Virus record (IMG/VR): IMGVR_UViG_3300037587_000923
Span: 1-64,000 of that record
Reading direction: 5' to 3' (one strand)
Source of the DNA: a virus
Length of the DNA stretch: 64,000 nucleotides
The translations under genes were made by a program, and so were the position numbers. Below, in pieces: positions 59,318-64,000 of the stretch; position 1 is the first letter of the stretch; each line of letters begins with the position of its first letter. A model generated the notes under the pieces. That model did not search any database. It worked only from the letters and a program-made list of their open reading frames with translations, and was not told the DNA's origin.

Positions 59318-59421
59318 TTGCCCTTAACCCGCACCTGAGCCAAGTTCCTATGAAATTGGAGACACCTTTAGGTGTCGGTGGTTCAAGGGCTTGGTTATAA
59401 AACTTATCTTACGGAGGACTT

Positions 59422-59589
59422 ATGAAAGCTGAAATAAAGAAAGATGGATTTATTTGGATAACCGCTGAAGACGCAACAGAGGCATTCGCGCTTAATCATT
59501 TAGTGCCAGTTGGTGACAAGGCGGAGGTGTGTAAAGAGTGCAACCAGGTTAAAATACCCGTTGTTATAGATGCGAGCGTATTAAACTAG
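59422..59589 (+). CDS. cassette 6 hypothetical protein (55 aa)
   Basis: GGAGG RBS; ends gttataaaact/agttttataac. Confidence 0.65.
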   Translation: MKAEIKKDGFIWITAEDATEAFALNHLVPVGDKAEVCKECNQVKIPVVIDASVLN

Positions 59590-59681
59590 GCAGTTTTATA
59601 ACGAACAAGTTAAAGGGACGCTGGAACAGCGTTCCGCTTTGAACGCCTGGTTCTGAGGCGTGTAACTTAAAAGGAGAAGAC

Positions 59682-59813
59682 ATGAGACTGATAATTTTAA
59701 CACTTGGAATATGGGCATTGATGCATGTTGGATTTGACTTCGACTGGATGAGGGTTTTATGGACTATGGGGCTGACTGTTTATGCCGCATGGTATGATTT
59801 AATAAAGCCTTAG
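59682..59813 (+). CDS. cassette 7 small membrane protein (43 aa)
   Basis: AGGAG RBS; hydrophobic; ends gttctgaggc/gccttagaac. Confidence 0.6.
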   Translation: MRLIILTLGIWALMHVGFDFDWMRVLWTMGLTVYAAWYDLIKP

Positions 59814-59900
59814 AACGCCTGAGGTAAGCGGAAGCCGGAACGGCTTTCCGACTTGAGCGATTTGTTAGTTTGGATCTTGACTTTAAGGAGAGGCGACTAA

Positions 59901-60752
59901 ATGGCAAGAATTAAGTATACACAATGTATGGTAAGAGACTGCGAAAAGCCCCATCTATCTAAAGGCTTCTGTAATAGGCATTATCAGCAAATGTGGAAGC
60001 ATGGACGCATTCTGCCTGATGCGGTGCCTATTGAAGACTTGGCCGGAGAGTTATGGGCTGACATTGAAGAGGCTGAAGGGTATCAAGTTAGCAATATGGG
60101 GCGTGTTAAGTCTCTTGTGGGCCGTGGCGGGTTAATAAAGCCACAGATCGAACAAAGGGGGCACATGAATACCCCTAAGAAGCGTGTCTATTTAGACAGG
60201 AGGGCAACAAGAGGCTGGGTTAAATTCTTGTATGTTCACCTAGAGGTAGCCAGGGCCTTTATCCCTAATAAGTTTGACAGCGCCCACACGACCTTTAAAA
60301 ACGGGGATGCCTTAGACTGCCGTGCTGATAATATCGAATGGTGGTGGGAGAATCCACCTGTAGATGATGATGGGTTGATTCAGTTTAGAAAGTCGGTTCA
60401 TTCTGAATTAGGGAAAAAGGTTCTGGCCTTTATTGATGGCAACCAGTCTGCCCTCGATAGTTTCGTAATGCAAAAGACTGACAAGATGAGGAAAATACTA
60501 CAGAGTAAATTCAAAGGGGTCTGCGGAGACAATGTAAACGAAGCGGTGCACGTTGCTTTCAGTGAAGGCATGAGAGACATTAAACGCGGATTGCTTAGGG
60601 CAGACACACATATAGAAAACTGGTTCCTTCGGATTGCAGAGAACCAACTATTGGATGATATTAAAAAGAACAAGCACACTACATCTCAATGGGGCTGCAA
60701 TGGTAATGGCGACGAGTTCGACAAATTTGATTTAATGGCGGCAACAAACTAA
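59901..60752 (+). CDS. cassette 8 NUMOD4/HNH-like protein with sigma region-2-like C-terminus
   Basis: YQVSNMGRVKS, VHLEVARAFIPN, DNIEW; WFLRIAENQLLD. Confidence 0.75.
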   Translation: MARIKYTQCMVRDCEKPHLSKGFCNRHYQQMWKHGRILPDAVPIEDLAGELWADIEEAEGYQVSNMGRVKSLVGRGGLIKPQIEQRGHMNTPKKRVYLDRRATRGWVKFLYVHLEVARAFIPNKFDSAHTTFKNGDALDCRADNIEWWWENPPVDDDGLIQFRKSVHSELGKKVLAFIDGNQSALDSFVMQKTDKMRKILQSKFKGVCGDNVNEAVHVAFSEGMRDIKRGLLRADTHIENWFLRIAENQLLDDIKKNKHTTSQWGCNGNGDEFDKFDLMAATN

Positions 60753-60857
60753 CTATGAATTAACCAGTGGCCCGACCAAGCCACACTGAAAACGGACACG
60801 CCTCTTGCCATCTGGTTGAATGGCGTGTTATAAATTTTGCATTAGGAGGGTAATTAG

Positions 60858-61289
60858 ATGAGAGGATATGCGTGTATAGGGTTGGATAACCCCAAGGCGG
60901 CAGTTAACGTAGGATCGGCTTTGAGAGCCGCAGGGTGCTATGGGGCTGCAATGGTGGCTATGACGGGCAACCGGAGCGGAAAGACACCCACTGACACCAT
61001 GAAGCAGTATCGACATAGGCCGTTGTTGCGCGTTGAAAATTTGAAAGATGTTATTCCTTATGACTGCGTGCCTGTGGCAGTTGATTTGATAGAGGGAGCT
61101 ATTCCATTGCCAGAGTATGAACACCCCGAAAGAGCCTTTTATATCTTCGGGGCTGAAGATGCCACCCTGGGCGAAAGAGTGACATCTTGGTGCAGGGACA
61201 CTATATATATTCCCACTAACGGTTGCATGAATCTAGCAGCAACGGTTAATGTGGTGCTATATGACCGGCTTGTTAAGCAAAATTTATAA
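60858..61289 (+). CDS. cassette 9 SpoU/TrmH-family RNA methyltransferase
   Basis: NVGSALRAA, YIFGAED, IYIP...MNLAATVNVVLYDR. Confidence 0.88.
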   Translation: MRGYACIGLDNPKAAVNVGSALRAAGCYGAAMVAMTGNRSGKTPTDTMKQYRHRPLLRVENLKDVIPYDCVPVAVDLIEGAIPLPEYEHPERAFYIFGAEDATLGERVTSWCRDTIYIPTNGCMNLAATVNVVLYDRLVKQNL

Positions 61290-61645
61290 CAAGACAAGCT
61301 AAGGGGCTTGAACGAACGCAGTGAGAGAAAGTCCAAGGAGTGAAACGACTGTCTTTGAGCGCCTGGGTTATGTTTTTTGATATGACAGGGCAAAAAATCG
61401 GAGGTTATTATGGACGACATAGCAATAAATGAAGGTCAAAAGATATTTGAAGAAAGATATAAAAAGGGATTTCCAAAAGTGATATTTGGGGAGACGCACA
61501 TCTCAATTCCTTGCACTTGCGACGATGGCGGTGGGCCTATTCACTGGGCAACAGTGCAGAACAACATAAGATCGATAGAAGAACATTTCCGGCATGAGGA
61601 GACTTTGCGTGAATTAAGGAAAATGGATAGGGACAAAACATAACG
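61287..61645. repeat. exact 359-bp duplication (copy 2)
   Basis: appears identical to 58959-59317. Confidence 0.9.
61410..61643 (+). CDS. cassette 10 (duplicate of cassette 5)
   Basis: identical protein. Confidence 0.7.
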   Translation: MDDIAINEGQKIFEERYKKGFPKVIFGETHISIPCTCDDGGGPIHWATVQNNIRSIEEHFRHEETLRELRKMDRDKT

Positions 61646-61680
61646 ATTGACTATATGGACATTTAATGTTGGTGTGAATT

Positions 61681-62052
61681 GTGAATAAGTATTATAAGCA
61701 AGTAAAATATAGACAGAATCAGAGAGATAAAAAAGAATGTTACCGTTTAAATTCTACTGATACGATTAGGGAATCTTATTATCAGCCACCTGAATTTAGA
61801 GGATTGAGGATATATGGAGATTGTGATCTCGGTTATCTTAGACTTATTTACATTTCTCTATGGGAATGTGGACGTTTAGATTCCTATTACATACGCAACG
61901 AAAAAGTAGAAAATATTGGTAAGCGTCCAAAATTAAATGATGACAATAGCGATTGGTGGATTGACAGTAATGGAAATCGTAAAAAATATGGCAAGGTTAA
62001 TCTTGATAAGAAAATAAGAGAACTGATGCCGAATATAAGGAGGGCGGATTGA
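61681..62052 (+). CDS. hypothetical protein
   Basis: AT-rich ORF coupled to next gene. Confidence 0.5.
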   Translation: MNKYYKQVKYRQNQRDKKECYRLNSTDTIRESYYQPPEFRGLRIYGDCDLGYLRLIYISLWECGRLDSYYIRNEKVENIGKRPKLNDDNSDWWIDSNGNRKKYGKVNLDKKIRELMPNIRRAD

Positions 62053-62549
62053 TGAATTGCTTCCTAGGTAGGGTATACGACGACAAGCATGCCACTTGCA
62101 TTTCCTGTATTAGGGCAGGAGAGAAGACTTGTAAGCAGGTCAAGAAGAAACGTAAGGCCCACGATATTCATACAGTTATGGCTGAAGGCAAGTGGCTTAT
62201 GTGTACTAAAGACCTCAGAACCCCTAATGACTGGACCAACAAGATGTACGGTAAGAAGATTTATAGGGGAGAGAGGTCTGCCTGGGAGAAACAGTTCAGA
62301 GGGATAATCCATTTATGGGGTAAGGCGTCAGGTAAGAGGCGCCTTACCGTTATACGGTATGTTCCTGACAAGCGGTATCTCATGAAAGATAAGACCAATA
62401 GAGAGGGAGCCATGAAGCCTCTTGAGGATGCGCTTGTTAATCAAGGAGTACTTGTTGACGACAGGGATGAGTTCCTGGAGCGTGCCGACCTCAGGCAAGA
62501 GATAGATCCGGCAAGAGTAGGGGTAGCTATCTTAGTGGAGGATATTTAG
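62049..62549 (+). CDS. RusA-like Holliday junction resolvase
   Basis: DKTNREGAMKPLEDALVNQGVLVDDR. Confidence 0.7.
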   Translation: MMNCFLGRVYDDKHATCISCIRAGEKTCKQVKKKRKAHDIHTVMAEGKWLMCTKDLRTPNDWTNKMYGKKIYRGERSAWEKQFRGIIHLWGKASGKRRLTVIRYVPDKRYLMKDKTNREGAMKPLEDALVNQGVLVDDRDEFLERADLRQEIDPARVGVAILVEDI

Positions 62550-62618
62550 GCATGCTGAAAAAAAATTGCCTGGAGATAGTAATATATGACGACAAAGGCA
62601 ATAGGTGTTGTTTTTCTC

Positions 62619-62648
62619 TTGACACCCTTTTCATTACTTTGATAGGGT
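62619..62648 (+). promoter_or_regulatory. putative promoter of replication genes
   Basis: TTGACA with TGnTAGGGT extended -10; palindrome at 62545-62560 upstream. Confidence 0.45.
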
Positions 62649-62832
62649 GCGCTTACATTCCAATTTAACCTTTTGACAGAGGTACGAAGGATCAAATGAA
62701 AACCACTTTTAAACATAGAGAAGCCCACTCGAGCCAGAGCAATCTGGAGCAGGTCCCTTTTGGTCCACCTGTCTGTCAACTCGTGTGGGCTTCTGTGTGT
62801 TTAGCCCAATCCCAAAGAAATAAAGGTGTTAT

Positions 62833-63657
62833 ATGAGTAGATCAAGACGATGTAAGGCCGGGCTGGACTACTTCTCGTTTGATGTTGATTTCTTTGACGA
62901 CGAGAAAATTGAGTTCGTATCAGCCAGATATGGCTTGAAGGGCGAGGTAATTTCCATAAGGCTTTTGTGTCGGATTTACCGTAATGGTTATTTTATTAAA
63001 TGGGGTGATGATGAAAGCTTGCTATTCGCAAAGCGTGTCGGAGACGGTGTCACTCAAGAAGATGTTAAGTGTGTTGTTGACGAGCTGTTCAAGAGAGAGT
63101 TCTTAAGTAAGTCTTTATTCGATAAATGTGGCATCCTTACATCAGGCGGAATTCAAAAGAGATATATCCAAGCAACCGAACGTAGGAAAGGTGTGGAGAT
63201 GATTAAGGATTATATAGCTGTAGACATTACAGATTACGATGTAGACATTTTAGAATTAAATGATGACATTTCAAAACAAAGTAAAGTAAAGGAAAGTAAA
63301 GTAAAGGAAAGTAAAGAAGACTATAAAATTTCTTTCTCTGAATTCTGGGAGGTATATCCTAGTCGTAACGGTAAAAAGATAGATAAGCCTACCACTAAAG
63401 ATAAGTTCTATAAATTAAAACCTTCGGATCTGTCAGACATTATTGTGGCAGTCCATAACTACAAAGACAGTGAATTAGTTAAACAAGGAATTGGCATTAA
63501 AGACCCTCATAGATTTATTAGCAACAAAGACAATAAAGAGTTTTGGAAAGAATGGATGAAGCCTGAGATTAATAATAGCAAGAAACAAAAGAGCCCATAT
63601 GAAGCCCAAAACGAAACTAGGGCTTATCATAAACCAATTAAAAACAGAGGACTATAA
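62833..63657 (+). CDS. phage replication initiator (DUF4373-like N-terminus)
   Basis: GLDYFSFDVDFFDDEKI, LTSGGIQKRY, KESKV repeats, FSEFWEVYP. Confidence 0.85.
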   Translation: MSRSRRCKAGLDYFSFDVDFFDDEKIEFVSARYGLKGEVISIRLLCRIYRNGYFIKWGDDESLLFAKRVGDGVTQEDVKCVVDELFKREFLSKSLFDKCGILTSGGIQKRYIQATERRKGVEMIKDYIAVDITDYDVDILELNDDISKQSKVKESKVKESKEDYKISFSEFWEVYPSRNGKKIDKPTTKDKFYKLKPSDLSDIIVAVHNYKDSELVKQGIGIKDPHRFISNKDNKEFWKEWMKPEINNSKKQKSPYEAQNETRAYHKPIKNRGL

Positions 63658-64000
63658 TGGAACAACCTGGCAGATTACCACCACAAGACCTTGATGCTGA
63701 ACTTTCTGTCCTGGGAGGTTTGGTTGTAGATAGCGATAAATGGGGCGAGGTTAACGCTATCATCTCTGCATCTGATCTTTACCGACAATCCCATAAATAT
63801 ATATTTAACGCCATAGGCTCTTTAATATCAAAAGAGGAGCCAGTCGACTTACTTCTTCTTAACTCTGAACTGAAAAACATGGGGGTTCTGGAGGAAAGTG
63901 GCGGGACTGGGTTTATAGCACGTATTGCCGATGGTGTAGTAACAACAGCAAACATAACCTATTACGCTAATATAATCAAAGAGAAGGCTGTCGCCCGAAA
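63657..64000 (+). CDS. dnaB: replicative helicase DnaB, N-terminal part (truncated by window)
   Basis: RLPPQDLDAELSVLG...HKYIF...PVDL...ANITYYANIIKEKA. Confidence 0.9.
   Translation, partial: MEQPGRLPPQDLDAELSVLGGLVVDSDKWGEVNAIISASDLYRQSHKYIFNAIGSLISKEEPVDLLLLNSELKNMGVLEESGGTGFIARIADGVVTTANITYYANIIKEKAVAR

Larger units (their letters stand above)
57443..61645 (-). mobile_element. integron-like attC cassette array (10 attC, no IntI), genes antisense to attC
   Basis: attC at 57443-57572, 57784-57846, 58195-58393, 58600-58802, 58956-59045, 59310-59400, 59596-59656, 59810-59870, 60747-60833, 61284-61373; each AAC...GTT with paired arms and, in most, a bulged G. Confidence 0.9.
1024..62560. promoter_or_regulatory. 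dispersed 16-bp palindromic operator-like motif TTTCAGCATGCTGAAA (span given covers all copies)
   Basis: copies at 1024, 2516, 6151, 7614, 16020, 21052, 45097, 53772, 62545. Confidence 0.75.

Noticed and set aside
57443-61645. CRISPR array or plain terminators
   Set aside because: Hairpins differ in sequence and length, are separated by genes, lack U-tracts and carry AAC/GTT cores
61638-61680. Eleventh full attC
   Set aside because: Only aacgattga resembles an arm; no properly paired partner arm, so it is treated as the array boundary
63276-63320. aaagtaaagtaaagg tandem repeat
   Set aside because: Encodes the KESKV linker typical of phage initiators; may double as origin iterons but is not novel
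1-64000. tRNA/rRNA genes or genome-wide stop-codon reassignment
   Set aside because: No cloverleaf or rRNA signatures noticed; long genes are intact in the standard code

Overview
A 64-kb segment of a tailed dsDNA phage or prophage, siphovirus-like, probably infecting a Gram-negative host (it has a spanin pair). 1-23.8 kb (+): early/accessory arm of small ORFs, a MoxR-type AAA ATPase plus DUF2201/VWA pair, HNH-type endonucleases, a compact retron-like reverse transcriptase, a tyrosine recombinase and a J-domain protein. 23.9-53.7 kb (-): late operon with portal, S49 protease/scaffold, capsid, neck, tail tube, frameshifted tail chaperone, tape measure, tail tip/fibres and lysis genes. 53.8-64 kb (+): recombination/replication arm with a PD-(D/E)XK exonuclease, RecT, a RusA-like protein, an initiator and DnaB. 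Two features stand out. (1) The RT is surrounded by about five divergent non-coding units (12.3-12.6 and 13.65-14.2 kb). All share a YGCYG-N3/4-CGGYR hairpin and four also have a closing stem with a G.G mismatch, suggesting one RT serving an array of msr/msd-like RNAs. (2) There is a 10-cassette integron-like attC array (57.4-61.6 kb) plus a solo cassette at 15.5 kb. Every gene is antisense to the canonical cassette orientation, two ORFs begin inside attC loops, one cassette is exactly duplicated, and no IntI is visible. A dispersed 16-bp palindrome (TTTCAGCATGCTGAAA-like) occurs at least 9 times. All calls come from reading the sequence by eye; no database searches or folding programs were run.
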